Source: a bacterium (lineage in GTDB: Bacteria; Sysuimicrobiota; Sysuimicrobiia; Sysuimicrobiales; Kaftiobacteriaceae). Taken from it: 18,090 bases of DNA. Below, piece by piece: positions 1-8,635 of the stretch. Position numbers and translations under genes: made by a program. Every line of letters starts with the position of its first letter. Positions within the stretch are counted from its first letter, which is position 1. The notes below the pieces were generated by a model. It made no database searches and was not told the origin of the DNA. It worked only from the letters and a program-made list of their open reading frames with translations. The stretch is taken from contig JBIOWP010000151.1 in assembly GCA_044868695.1 (NCBI GenBank), positions 1-18,090 on the forward strand, read 5' to 3'.

Positions 1-90
1 GCCAGGTACCGGGGTGCCAGGTACCGGGGTGCCAGGTACCAGGGTGCCAGGTACCGGGGTGCCAGGTACCAGGGTGCCAGGTACCGGGGG
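1..90. repeat. Tandem repeat, six 15-bp units GCCAGGTACC(G/A)GGGT, probably continuing beyond the left edge
   Basis: Units at 1-15, 16-30, 31-45, 46-60, 61-75 and 76-90. Units 3 and 5 have G>A at position 11 and the last unit ends in G. No unique spacers. Confidence 0.97.
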
Positions 91-159
91 AGCATGTGGG
101 TGCACAGCCGTGCCGCAGGAAGCGGGCCGCAGGATTGCCAATCACGCTACTCGGCGCCC

Positions 160-1182
160 ATGCCCCGCCTCCGAACCCACCTGACCCTGGGAGTGCTGCC
201 CCCGGCTTCGGCGAACGCGATCACCGACGTGCCGGGAGTTCGCGTTGGTTCGGTGTCTATCCAGGATGCGCGGCTGGCTACCGGGGTGACCGCGGTTCTC
301 CCCCACGGCCGCAACCTCTACAAGGAAAAGGTCACTGGCGCGTCCGCGGTGCTCAATGGCTATGGGAAGTCTATCGGGCTGATGCAGATGGAAGAGTTGG
401 GCACGATGGAGACTCCCATCCTCATCACCAGCACGCTAAACGTGGCCCGCGCGGCCGACGGACTCATCAGTTACATGTTCAGCCAGGACGAGACGATCGG
501 CGTCTCTGAGACGGTGAACCCGGTGGTCCTGGAATGCTTTGACGGCTATCTCAGCGACGCGCGGGCGCGGGCCGTCGGCGAGCGGGAGGTGTTCGAGGCC
601 ATCCGGTCCGCATCGCCTAGTCCGGTGGGCGAGGGTTGCGTCGGCGCCGGGGTGGGAATGCGCTGCCAAGGGTACAAGTCGGGAGTTGGGACCGCGTCGC
701 GGCGGGCCGAGGAGAGCGGCTACACGGTCGGCGTCCTGGCGGTGCCCAACTTCGGCTTCCCCGGCGATTTGGTGATCGCCGGCGTGCCGGTCGGTAAGGA
801 ATTGGCCTCCGTGGGTCAGCCGTCAGAACGCGGCTCGTGCATCTTCGTCGTGGCTACCGATGCGCCGCTGTCGTCGCTGGATCTCCGCCGCGTGGCCTGG
901 CGGTGCTTTCTCGGGATGGCGCGGACGGGCGCGATCAGCGGGCACACCAGCGGCGACCTGGCCGCAGCATTCACGACGAACGCGAAGCAGGAACGACAGG
1001 ATCGCGCGGTGATGAACGTCCTCTTCCGGGCAACCGTGGAAGCGTCGGAGGAAGCGATTCTCAACGCGCTCTTTGCCGCGCAGACTACCGAAGGCCGCGA
1101 CGGCCATGTGATGCCCGCGCTTCCGATCCCCGAGGTACTGATGATCCTACGGCGCCACGGCGTGCCTGTGCGTGGACCCTAG
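160..1182 (+). CDS. dmpA: P1/S58 family peptidase (DmpA-like L-aminopeptidase/D-esterase, Ntn-type autoprocessing)
   Basis: Motifs NAITDVPGVRVG, TGVTAVLP, NGYGKSIGLMQMEELG, PVVLECFDGYL, EGCVGAGVG, the cleavage site G|SCIFVVATDAPL, SGD and EEAILNAL. Family similarity begins at ATG 160 (MPRLR); the ORF track start at 94 is probably too long. Confidence 0.9.
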   Translation: MPRLRTHLTLGVLPPASANAITDVPGVRVGSVSIQDARLATGVTAVLPHGRNLYKEKVTGASAVLNGYGKSIGLMQMEELGTMETPILITSTLNVARAADGLISYMFSQDETIGVSETVNPVVLECFDGYLSDARARAVGEREVFEAIRSASPSPVGEGCVGAGVGMRCQGYKSGVGTASRRAEESGYTVGVLAVPNFGFPGDLVIAGVPVGKELASVGQPSERGSCIFVVATDAPLSSLDLRRVAWRCFLGMARTGAISGHTSGDLAAAFTTNAKQERQDRAVMNVLFRATVEASEEAILNALFAAQTTEGRDGHVMPALPIPEVLMILRRHGVPVRGP

Positions 1183-2174
1183 CGGCTGCCTGTCCCGAAC
1201 ACGTCCAAAAAGACTCTGACGACCTGAGGGTCGTGTTTGCTCCCGGCGGCAAGTTGAATCTCGCCGATCGCATCCGCGTGGGGTTTCGCGGCTCGATAGG
1301 GCCGGTGGCTGGTCATGGCGATGTAGGTATCGACGACGGCCAGGATGCGTGAGGGGAGCAGGATGCGCTCTCCGGCCAGACGGTCGGGGTAGCCGCTGCC
1401 GTCCCACCGCTCCTGGTGCTGGCGGATAATCCGCGCAACATCAGGATTGCGGTGAAGCTGGAGGACGATCTGCTCGCCCAACACCGGATGGAGCCGCATG
1501 ATGAGCCAGTCCGCGTCAGTCAGGGGCCCGGCTTTTCGGATAATGTCCGGAGGGAGTCCGATCTTGCCGATGTCATGCAACAGGGAGGCCAGGCGGAGGT
1601 GGGTGATGTGTTCTTCGGGCAGGCCCATCCGCCGGCCCACGGCCTCCGCCAGCGTGGCCAGCCGCTCACTGTGCGCGGCGCTGTCTCCGTCCCGGGCGTC
1701 CGCCGCCCTCGCCAGCGCCAGGACGATTTGCAGCTGCGCATCTTCCAGGCGCTGCAGCATCTCTGAGCGGGCTTTTGAATCCTCGGGAAGCGCGGCAGCC
1801 GGCGCCTGCGCCGGCTCTGGCTCCACGACCACCGCGTAGGAGGCCGTATCTCCAGATGCATCCGCCACCAGCGAGGCACGCACGAGAGCCCTAAACGTGT
1901 TCCCGTCGGGGCGGCGGAGCCGCACACGCATCTCCTGGGGGCGGTCCTCGCCGCTCGCTTTGGATTCCGTCATGAGGGACTCTAGTTGGGTATAGTCGGC
2001 TGGGTCGGCAAAGATGCCCGCGGCGCCTGCTGAGACCAAGGCCTTCCGGTCGGGATATCCCAGGAGGTCAGTGAGGTAGGGAGTCACGTGCAGGATCTTC
2101 CCGTCCAGGGTCGCCACGAACACGCCGACCGGTGCGTGCTCGAAAACGCGAGAGAAGTCGAACTCGTTCGCCAC
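1179..2174 (-). CDS. PAS-domain HD-GYP protein (putative c-di-GMP phosphodiesterase)
   Basis: N-terminal PAS (FEHAPVGVFVATLDGKIL...RLRRPDG). HD-GYP motifs HSERLA, LHDIGKIG, HP, HQERWDGSGYP, RILAVVD and RPYR. GTG start with GGAGG upstream. Confidence 0.9.
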   Translation of the reverse strand: MANEFDFSRVFEHAPVGVFVATLDGKILHVTPYLTDLLGYPDRKALVSAGAAGIFADPADYTQLESLMTESKASGEDRPQEMRVRLRRPDGNTFRALVRASLVADASGDTASYAVVVEPEPAQAPAAALPEDSKARSEMLQRLEDAQLQIVLALARAADARDGDSAAHSERLATLAEAVGRRMGLPEEHITHLRLASLLHDIGKIGLPPDIIRKAGPLTDADWLIMRLHPVLGEQIVLQLHRNPDVARIIRQHQERWDGSGYPDRLAGERILLPSRILAVVDTYIAMTSHRPYRAAKPHADAIGEIQLAAGSKHDPQVVRVFLDVFGTGSR

Positions 2175-2277
2175 CGATGGAGCCTCCGCTGATAAGCACC
2201 TATTATCTTCTTCGCGGCCACCTCATTTACCCCGCCGACGGAGTGCAGCAGCGGTGAAATCATGGTGTAATGAGTCC

Positions 2278-3120
2278 ATGATGCGGCGGGCCGCTACCTC
2301 CGCTCTCACTTTGCTCCTCGCCTCGGGCGCGTGGGCCGCGCCGGCGGCGACCGTTGAGCTGGGAGCTACGGCAATCCGGCAGGGGCAGGCGGTCGCCGTG
2401 ACCGTACGCACCGCAGCAGATGGGCCGCTGGTCATCCAGTTCGCGGGGCGGCTGTGGCCGCTGTACCGTCAGAAGGAGAACTGGCAGACCTATCTGGGAA
2501 CTGATCCGGGGACAGCCTCCGGACGCCGCCAGATCACCGTCGAAGCCGTCGGCGCTGATGGCCGGGTGGTTCTCGCGACGCTGTACCTCACCGTCATGAA
2601 GGTCAAGTTCAACCGGCGCCAGCTCATGTTCGATCCGGAGACCAGCCAGCTCCTGGATCCCAAGCTGCTGATCGAGGAAGGGCGGCGTGTGACGGCTGCC
2701 CTGCAAAAACTGGAGCCCCAGCAGATGTGGGAGGGCCAGTTTGCCACACCGGTATCAGGGATTCTCACTTCCGGGTATGGCGTGCTGAGCATCTATCAGG
2801 GCGAGGTGCGCGGCTGGCACCGTGGAATCGACTTGGCCGCCCCCGAGGGGACGCCCGTCCACGCGGGGAATGCCGGCATCGTGCGGCTGGCCGAGACGCT
2901 GCCGGTCAGCGGGAATGCGGTCATCATTGACCACGGGATGGGCGTCCTGACATCCTACCTGCACATGTCGGCGATCGAGGTGATCGTCAACCAGTACGTG
3001 GGCAAAGGGGCGCTCGTCGGTCGCGTGGGCATGACGGGGCTGGCCACCGGCCCGCACCTGCACTGGGGCGTGCGCGTCAACGGGGTGTACGTCGATCCGT
3101 TTCCGTGGACAGGGAACTAG
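2278..3120 (+). CDS. M23 family metallopeptidase, secreted
   Basis: Signal-peptide-like N-terminus (MMRRAATSALTLLLASGAWA), HRGID (HxxxD), GNAVIIDHG, YLHMS, TGPHLHW and VDP. Start at 2278 or 2281 is more likely than 2254. Confidence 0.9.
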   Translation: MMRRAATSALTLLLASGAWAAPAATVELGATAIRQGQAVAVTVRTAADGPLVIQFAGRLWPLYRQKENWQTYLGTDPGTASGRRQITVEAVGADGRVVLATLYLTVMKVKFNRRQLMFDPETSQLLDPKLLIEEGRRVTAALQKLEPQQMWEGQFATPVSGILTSGYGVLSIYQGEVRGWHRGIDLAAPEGTPVHAGNAGIVRLAETLPVSGNAVIIDHGMGVLTSYLHMSAIEVIVNQYVGKGALVGRVGMTGLATGPHLHWGVRVNGVYVDPFPWTGN

Positions 3121-3743
3121 TCCGGCACGAACTCCGGCCCTTTGTTCTTGAACCGGTTGATGAAGTCCACGATCGCCCGCTCGTCGTATTGATCGAGAGT
3201 CATGAGGCGGCCCCACGCCACGAGAGCGAGACGGCTGTCGTTTTTCGCCCGCAAGGTGATGACCACTTTCGTACGGTAACGCCTCGAGAGGGCAACCAAT
3301 CGATCGATCAGTTCGGTGTCCCCGGCGTCCTTGAAACTGATCCAGATGCCCCCGTGCTCGAGGTTGTGGACAAGCAGCTCGTCGGGGAGTTCTTCATTGT
3401 AGAAGCCCCAGTCGGCGGGGGCAGGGAAATGCCACCCGGACGTCGGCGGGTTGGAGTTGTACGCCGGATGCGGCTGGCCGGGAGAAATGTGCGCGCGGCC
3501 CTGGTCAGGGTATTCGACGACTCGAGGTCGTGACTGCCCGGCCACCCCCGCCGTCGTGGCGCCGTCCTCGGGTCCTACGGCGCTCCACACTCCCCAGACG
3601 GCGGCAGCGAGCACGGCGGCTCCGATGGCGCCAAACAATCCCAGCCTGCGCCTTCGCGCGCGCTGCAGGCGTTCGGTCTCCTGGGACTTCCGCTCCAGCC
3701 GCGCGAGACGGCGGAGTTCCTTCTTGCCGAGAGGCTTGTCCAT
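3117..3743 (-). CDS. DUF3105 domain membrane-anchored protein
   Basis: Basic N-terminus and one TM helix, then YNSNPPTSGWH, VHNLEHGGIWISF and ALVAWG motifs typical of DUF3105. Confidence 0.82.
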   Translation of the reverse strand: MDKPLGKKELRRLARLERKSQETERLQRARRRRLGLFGAIGAAVLAAAVWGVWSAVGPEDGATTAGVAGQSRPRVVEYPDQGRAHISPGQPHPAYNSNPPTSGWHFPAPADWGFYNEELPDELLVHNLEHGGIWISFKDAGDTELIDRLVALSRRYRTKVVITLRAKNDSRLALVAWGRLMTLDQYDERAIVDFINRFKNKGPEFVPD

Positions 3744-3830
3744 GGGCTGAAATCAGTCTGCCAGAAACCAACCTCCGAATCAACCTGCAGCGGGAAGTTG
3801 AGAAGCGGGCCTGGAAGACTCTAGTCCGCC

Positions 3831-3841
3831 CGAGGTGATCC
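3831..3841 (+). promoter_or_regulatory. Extended Shine-Dalgarno (CGAGGTGATCC) for fdrA
   Basis: GAGGTGATCC is complementary to the conserved 16S rRNA 3' sequence GGAUCACCUC. GAGG lies 7 nt before GTG 3843. Confidence 0.75.
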
Positions 3842-3842
3842 G

Positions 3843-5606
3843 GTGGTCGTCCGCAGCCGCGTCAAATCCAGCGCCTACTTCGACTCCGTGACCTTGATGC
3901 TCGCGCAGCGGGAAGTGCGCCGGCTGCCCGGGGTTGAGGAAGCCGGCGCGGTCATGGGCACTGAGGCCAACAAGGAGCTGCTGAGCGATGCGGGCCTGCT
4001 CACGCCGGATGCCGCGGCCGCCAGGCCCGACGACCTCATTCTGTCCGTACGGGCGGCGGACGACGGCGCGGCTTCCGCGGCTCTGGCAGCGGCAGAGACG
4101 CTGCTCGTCCAGCGCCGCGAAACCACCGCCGCGGGGACGTACCGTCCCAAGACGGTGGCGTCAGCGGCCCGTGCGCTGCCGGGGGCGAATCTGGCCCTCA
4201 TCTCCGTGCCCGGCCGCTTTGCCGCCGGAGCCGCCAGAGACGCCCTGTCGGCGGGGCTGCACGTGATGGTATTCAGCGACAACGTCCCGCTTGAGGCCGA
4301 GATCGACCTGAAGCGGCTCGCCGCCGGGTCCGGCCTGCTGCTGATGGGACCGGACTGCGGCACCTCCATCCTGGGCGGCGCAGGGCTGGGGTTTGCCAAC
4401 CGCGTCCGCCGCGGGAACATCGGAATCGTGGGCGCCGCCGGGACCGGCATCCAGGAGGTCGCCTCGCTCGTCCACCGTGGGGGCGGCGGGATTTCACACG
4501 CGATCGGGACCGGAGGCCGCGATCTCAAGCACGAAGTCGGCGGAGTGACCGCGCTGCAGGGCCTCGCGGCGCTGACGGCAGACTCGGCCACCGCTGTCAT
4601 CGTCTTGATCTCCAAACCGCCCGCGCCCGACGTCGCCTCCGTTCTGCTGGGGGCTGCGCAGCGGACAGGCAAGCCGGTCGTCGTTAGCTTCGTCGGCGCC
4701 ACCATTCCTGCGGGCGGGGCGCTTCACGGCGCGCAGACGCTCGAGGATGCGGCGGCACGGGCCGTCACCCTAGCCGTCGGCGCGCCGCCCCGGTGGCGCC
4801 AGTGGGAGGCGCTGCCGGCCCAGGAGGCCGGCCGCCTGGCGCCGTCGCAGAAGTTCATCCGCGGGCTGTACAGCGGCGGCACGCTCTGTTATGAAGCGCT
4901 CGTGCTGCTGCAGCGTTACGTCGGTCCGGTCAATTCGAACACCCCGCTCGACGCGGCGAACGCGCTGGAGTCGGCGACGCGCAGCCGTGGTCACACCGTG
5001 ATCGATATGGGCGGCGACGAGTTCACCGTCGGCCGCCTGCACCCGATGCTCGATCCGGAGCTGCGGCACCAGCGGCTGCTGCGGGAGGCGGAGGACCCGG
5101 AAGTGGCGGTCGTTCTCCTCGACGTCGTGCTGGGCTACGGCGCGCATCCCGATCCGGCGCGCGAGCTGGCGCCGGTGATCAGCCGGGCCCGGGACCGCGC
5201 GCGCCAGGCCGGACGGTGGCTGCCGGTCGTGGTCTCGGTCTGCGGCACCGACGAAGATCCGCAGAACTACGAGGCGCAGGCCGCCGCCCTGATTGACGCC
5301 GGGGCGACCGTCCAGGCCAGCAACGCTCAAGCCGTCCGGCTGGCCGGGCTCATTGCCGAGGCTGCCGGCAGCAAGGGCGCTTCCCGCGCCCCACTGCAGA
5401 TTGCGCCCACTGCGGCACCACCGCTGCCGGACCCCTCACGGATTCTTCCGCTGCTGGGTGCGCCCCCGCGCGTCGTGAACGTGGGTCTGGACCTGTTTGC
5501 CGAGAGCCTGGCCGCGCAGGGTGTCCAGACCGTCTCCGTGGACTGGCAGCCGCCTGCCGGCGGGAAACAGAAATTCATCGACTTGTTGGACAAGCTGGAT
5601 GCCTAA
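3843..5606 (+). CDS. fdrA: Acyl-CoA synthetase FdrA (AllF-like; succinyl-CoA ligase-related)
   Basis: YFDSVTLM, MGTEANK, LALISVPG, FSDNV, LMGPDCGT, HAIGTGGRDL, RGLYSGGTLCYEA, GRLHPMLDP and LLDVVLGYGAHPDPA. C-terminal VNVGL...DWQPPAGG extension as in E. coli FdrA. Confidence 0.93.
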   Translation: MVVRSRVKSSAYFDSVTLMLAQREVRRLPGVEEAGAVMGTEANKELLSDAGLLTPDAAAARPDDLILSVRAADDGAASAALAAAETLLVQRRETTAAGTYRPKTVASAARALPGANLALISVPGRFAAGAARDALSAGLHVMVFSDNVPLEAEIDLKRLAAGSGLLLMGPDCGTSILGGAGLGFANRVRRGNIGIVGAAGTGIQEVASLVHRGGGGISHAIGTGGRDLKHEVGGVTALQGLAALTADSATAVIVLISKPPAPDVASVLLGAAQRTGKPVVVSFVGATIPAGGALHGAQTLEDAAARAVTLAVGAPPRWRQWEALPAQEAGRLAPSQKFIRGLYSGGTLCYEALVLLQRYVGPVNSNTPLDAANALESATRSRGHTVIDMGGDEFTVGRLHPMLDPELRHQRLLREAEDPEVAVVLLDVVLGYGAHPDPARELAPVISRARDRARQAGRWLPVVVSVCGTDEDPQNYEAQAAALIDAGATVQASNAQAVRLAGLIAEAAGSKGASRAPLQIAPTAAPPLPDPSRILPLLGAPPRVVNVGLDLFAESLAAQGVQTVSVDWQPPAGGKQKFIDLLDKLDA

Positions 5607-6843
5607 GACCATCGACGAAGCCAACCAGATCGCGGTAAAGCGTCTATTGGACAGCCAGCCGGTCCTCGTCGGAATCGCGCCTGCGGCGGACGTCATCCCG
5701 GGCATGCAGCGAAATTTGATTCTTCACGCCGGCCCACCGATCACATGGGAACGGATGGCCGGCCCGCTGCGTGGGGCGGTGATCGGCGGATTGCTCTTCG
5801 AAGGCCTGGCGAAAGACGAACAACGCGCCGTGGCGATAGTGGAGCGCGGCGAAGTACAGTTCGCGCCCTGCCACCACCACCAGACGGTCGGTCCGATGGC
5901 CGGCGTGACCACCGCGTCGATGCCGGTGTACATCATCGAGAACCGGGCGTTCGGCAACCGCGCGTTCTCCAACCTGAACGAAGGCTACGGGAAGGTGCTG
6001 CGGTACGGGGCGTTCGGTGAGGACGTCCTGGCGAGGCTGCGGTGGCTGCGCGACGTCTACGCGCCGACGACAGGCCGGGCCCTGGAGCGTTCAGGTGGGC
6101 TGGACATGAAGAGCCTGATCGCGCAGCAGATCCAGATGGGCGATGAAGGGCACAACCGGAACAAGGCGGGTTCGGCGCTGTTTGCGCGGCTGCTGGCCCC
6201 CCAGCTGGCGCGCACCGGCGCGCGGGCCGATCATCTCGCCGCGGTGCTGACCTATCTGGCGGAGAACGACCTGGCAGTACTCAACCCGGTGATGGCGAGC
6301 TGCAAGGCGAGTTCCGACGCCGCACATGGGGTGGATCGCAGCACTGTGGTCACGTGCATGGCGCGCAACGGAACGGACTTCGGCATCCGCGTCAGCGGCC
6401 TGGGGGAAAGCTGGTTCAGCGCCCCGGCGCAGGTCCCCGTGGGTCTGTTCTTCCCTGGGTTTACGCAGGAAGACGCCAACCCCGACATCGGCGACAGCAC
6501 CATTACCGAGACGGCCGGCATCGGCGCGTTTGCGATGGCGGCGGCCCCTGCGATCGTCAAGTTCGTGGGCGGCACCCCGGCGCTGGCGCTGGAATCCACG
6601 ATGGAGATGTACGAGATCACCGTGACTGAGAACCCCGCCTTCGGCATCCCACAGTTGGACTTCCGCGGAACGCCGACCGGCATCGACATCCGCAAGGTCG
6701 TCAAGACGGGCATCACGCCGCGGGTCAACACCGGGATCGCGCACCGCAAACCGGGGATCGGCCAGGTCGGCGCCGGTCTCGTGCGGCCGCCCATGGCGTG
6801 TTTCGAGCAGGCGTTGGAGGCGTTCGCCGCCACTCTTACGTGA
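5599..6843 (+). CDS. ylbE: YlbE/DUF1116 family protein (AllG-like)
   Basis: ILHAGPPI, PCHHHQTVGPMAG, NEGYGKVLRYGA, MGDEGHNRN, MARNGTDFGI, DIGDSTITETAG and NTGIAH. ATG 5599 overlaps the fdrA stop by 8 nt; the ORF track start at 5497 is too long. Confidence 0.92.
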   Translation: MPKTIDEANQIAVKRLLDSQPVLVGIAPAADVIPGMQRNLILHAGPPITWERMAGPLRGAVIGGLLFEGLAKDEQRAVAIVERGEVQFAPCHHHQTVGPMAGVTTASMPVYIIENRAFGNRAFSNLNEGYGKVLRYGAFGEDVLARLRWLRDVYAPTTGRALERSGGLDMKSLIAQQIQMGDEGHNRNKAGSALFARLLAPQLARTGARADHLAAVLTYLAENDLAVLNPVMASCKASSDAAHGVDRSTVVTCMARNGTDFGIRVSGLGESWFSAPAQVPVGLFFPGFTQEDANPDIGDSTITETAGIGAFAMAAAPAIVKFVGGTPALALESTMEMYEITVTENPAFGIPQLDFRGTPTGIDIRKVVKTGITPRVNTGIAHRKPGIGQVGAGLVRPPMACFEQALEAFAATLT

Positions 6844-6866
6844 CCGGTTCGGCTGAGCGATCGACT

Positions 6867-6886
6867 CCTGGAGGAGGCCCTCCGGG
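6867..6886 (+). other. Short intergenic hairpin after ylbE (no U-tract)
   Basis: CCTGGAGG-aggc-CCTCCGGG forms 8 bp with one G-U pair. Confidence 0.35.
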
Positions 6887-6945
6887 CGCGTCGTAGTGGT
6901 GACAAGACCCGTTGCACACGTCCATTATTGAGGGGGGACCCCAGC

Positions 6946-8550
6946 ATGCATGGATTTTCTATCGCCGGCCGCCGGATCGGCGCCGTGGTGCTCGCCGGGC
7001 TGTTGTTATGGCTGCTCTCGGCGCCTTCACAGGCCCAGGTGCCTCGTATGGGGGGCACGCTGGCGTTTGAAGTGTCAGCCGAGCCGCCGTCGTTTGACGC
7101 GCACCGCGAGGCCACGTTTGCCCTCATCCACCCGGCGCGGCCCCACTACAACCTGCTGGTGAAGTTCGACCCACAGGACTATCCCAAGGTCGTCCCCGAC
7201 CTCGCCGAGAGCTGGACGATCTCTCCCGACGGCCGCACGTACACGTTCAAGATCCGCCGGGGGGTGCGGTTCCACGATGGGAGCCTGCTCACGTCGCGCG
7301 ACATCAAGGCCAGTTATGACAAGATCATCTTCCCGGCCGGCGACGTCGTCAGCGCCCGCAAGGCCGTCTACGAGGTCGTCGAAGCCGTCGAGGCCCCGGA
7401 TGCCACCACCGTCATCTTCCGGCTGAAGTGGCGGTCCCCGTCGTTCCTGGCCTCAGTGGCGTCTCCGTGGAACTGGATCTACAAGGCCGACCTCCTCGAG
7501 CGCGACCCGCACTGGTACGAGCGCAACGTGATGGGAACCGGCCCGTTCAAATTCGGTGAGTACATCCGCGGCTCGCACTGGGTCGGCGTGCGCAACGAGA
7601 ACTACTTCGTGCGCGGCCGGCCGTACCTCGATGGATACCGGGCCCTCTTCATCCGCAGCGGCGCCGCGCAGATCAACGCCATCAAGAGCGGGCAGGCCCT
7701 GATCGAGTTCCGGGGATTCTCCCCCGCGCAGCGCGACGAGATCGTCAAGGCGCTGGGCGACAAGGTCCGTGTCCAGGAGAGCGGCTGGGTGTGCAACAAC
7801 ACCGTCGTGTTCAACACCCGCCGCCGGCCGTTTGACGACGCGCGGTTCCGGCGGGCGCTGAGTCTGGCGATCGACCGCTGGGCCGGCTCGACGGCGCTGT
7901 CGCAGATCGCGATCGTCGGCCCGGTCGGCGGGGTCATGCGGCCCGAAGGACCTTTCGCGACGCCGGAGCAGGAGCTGGTCAAGCTGGCCGGATACGGCCG
8001 GGATATCGCCGCCGCGCGCGCCGAGGCCAAACGGCTGCTGGCCGAGGCCGGGGTCGCGGACGGGTTCGAGTTCAACCTCCTCAACCGCAACATTCAGATG
8101 CCCTACGAGTATGTGGCCATCTACCTGATCGACCAGTGGCGGCAGATTGGGTTGAAGGTCAATCACGTGGTCAAGGAGACGGGGCCCTACCTCGCCGACG
8201 AGCGGGCGGGAAACTTCGACGCGGCCGTGGACTTCAACTGCGACTTCTACGATGATCCGGATGCGCAGCTGGTCAAATTCCTGTCCGCCAACAAGAGCCC
8301 GCTGAACTACGGCGGATATTCCGACGGCGTGCTGGACCGTTTGTTCACTGAGCAGAGCCGCTCACCCGATGAGGCGCGGCGCCTTGCGCTGGTCCGGCAG
8401 TTTGAGAAGCGCCTGCTGGACGAGAAAGTGTGGCAGATTTACGTGCTGTGGTGGAAACGAATCATCCCGCACTGGACGACGGTGCGGGGATACAAGATGA
8501 GCCCCTCGCACTACCTCGAGGACCTGCAGGACGTCTGGCTCGGGGAGTAG
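6946..8550 (+). CDS. ABC transporter substrate-binding protein, family 5 (DppA/OppA/NikA-like)
   Basis: Sec-type signal ending SQA, PDLAESWTISPDGRTYTFKIRRGVRFHDG, GTGPFKF and PFDDARFRRALSLAIDR. SD-like GAGGGGG precedes ATG 6946. Confidence 0.93.
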   Translation: MHGFSIAGRRIGAVVLAGLLLWLLSAPSQAQVPRMGGTLAFEVSAEPPSFDAHREATFALIHPARPHYNLLVKFDPQDYPKVVPDLAESWTISPDGRTYTFKIRRGVRFHDGSLLTSRDIKASYDKIIFPAGDVVSARKAVYEVVEAVEAPDATTVIFRLKWRSPSFLASVASPWNWIYKADLLERDPHWYERNVMGTGPFKFGEYIRGSHWVGVRNENYFVRGRPYLDGYRALFIRSGAAQINAIKSGQALIEFRGFSPAQRDEIVKALGDKVRVQESGWVCNNTVVFNTRRRPFDDARFRRALSLAIDRWAGSTALSQIAIVGPVGGVMRPEGPFATPEQELVKLAGYGRDIAAARAEAKRLLAEAGVADGFEFNLLNRNIQMPYEYVAIYLIDQWRQIGLKVNHVVKETGPYLADERAGNFDAAVDFNCDFYDDPDAQLVKFLSANKSPLNYGGYSDGVLDRLFTEQSRSPDEARRLALVRQFEKRLLDEKVWQIYVLWWKRIIPHWTTVRGYKMSPSHYLEDLQDVWLGE

Positions 8551-8575
8551 CTGAGGCAGTGGGCACGGGTAGGGT

Positions 8576-8610
8576 GCGGGCAGCCGGTGGGGCGACCCCC
8601 GGCTGCCCGT
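8576..8610 (+). promoter_or_regulatory. GC-rich stem-loop with GCGA tetraloop between the binding-protein and permease genes
   Basis: GCGGGCAGCCGG (8576-8587) pairs with CCGGCTGCCCGT (8599-8610), with T8588 bulged and GGG-GCGA-CCC on top. No U-tract. Confidence 0.7.
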
Positions 8611-8635
8611 GCTGTGGCAGTGACGACCAGGCGGG

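Noticed and set aside
1..90. CRISPR array
   Set aside because: Units are 15 bp, directly abutting with no unique spacers, and no cas genes are in the window.
94..159. N-terminal extension of DmpA from ATG 94
   Set aside because: The first 22 codons show no family resemblance; the DmpA-like sequence starts at ATG 160.
5497..5598. Longer ylbE start, or a programmed fdrA-ylbE frameshift fusion
   Set aside because: The extension is an off-frame read of the fdrA 3' end. ATG 5599 with an 8-nt overlap explains the junction, and I saw no convincing slippery site.
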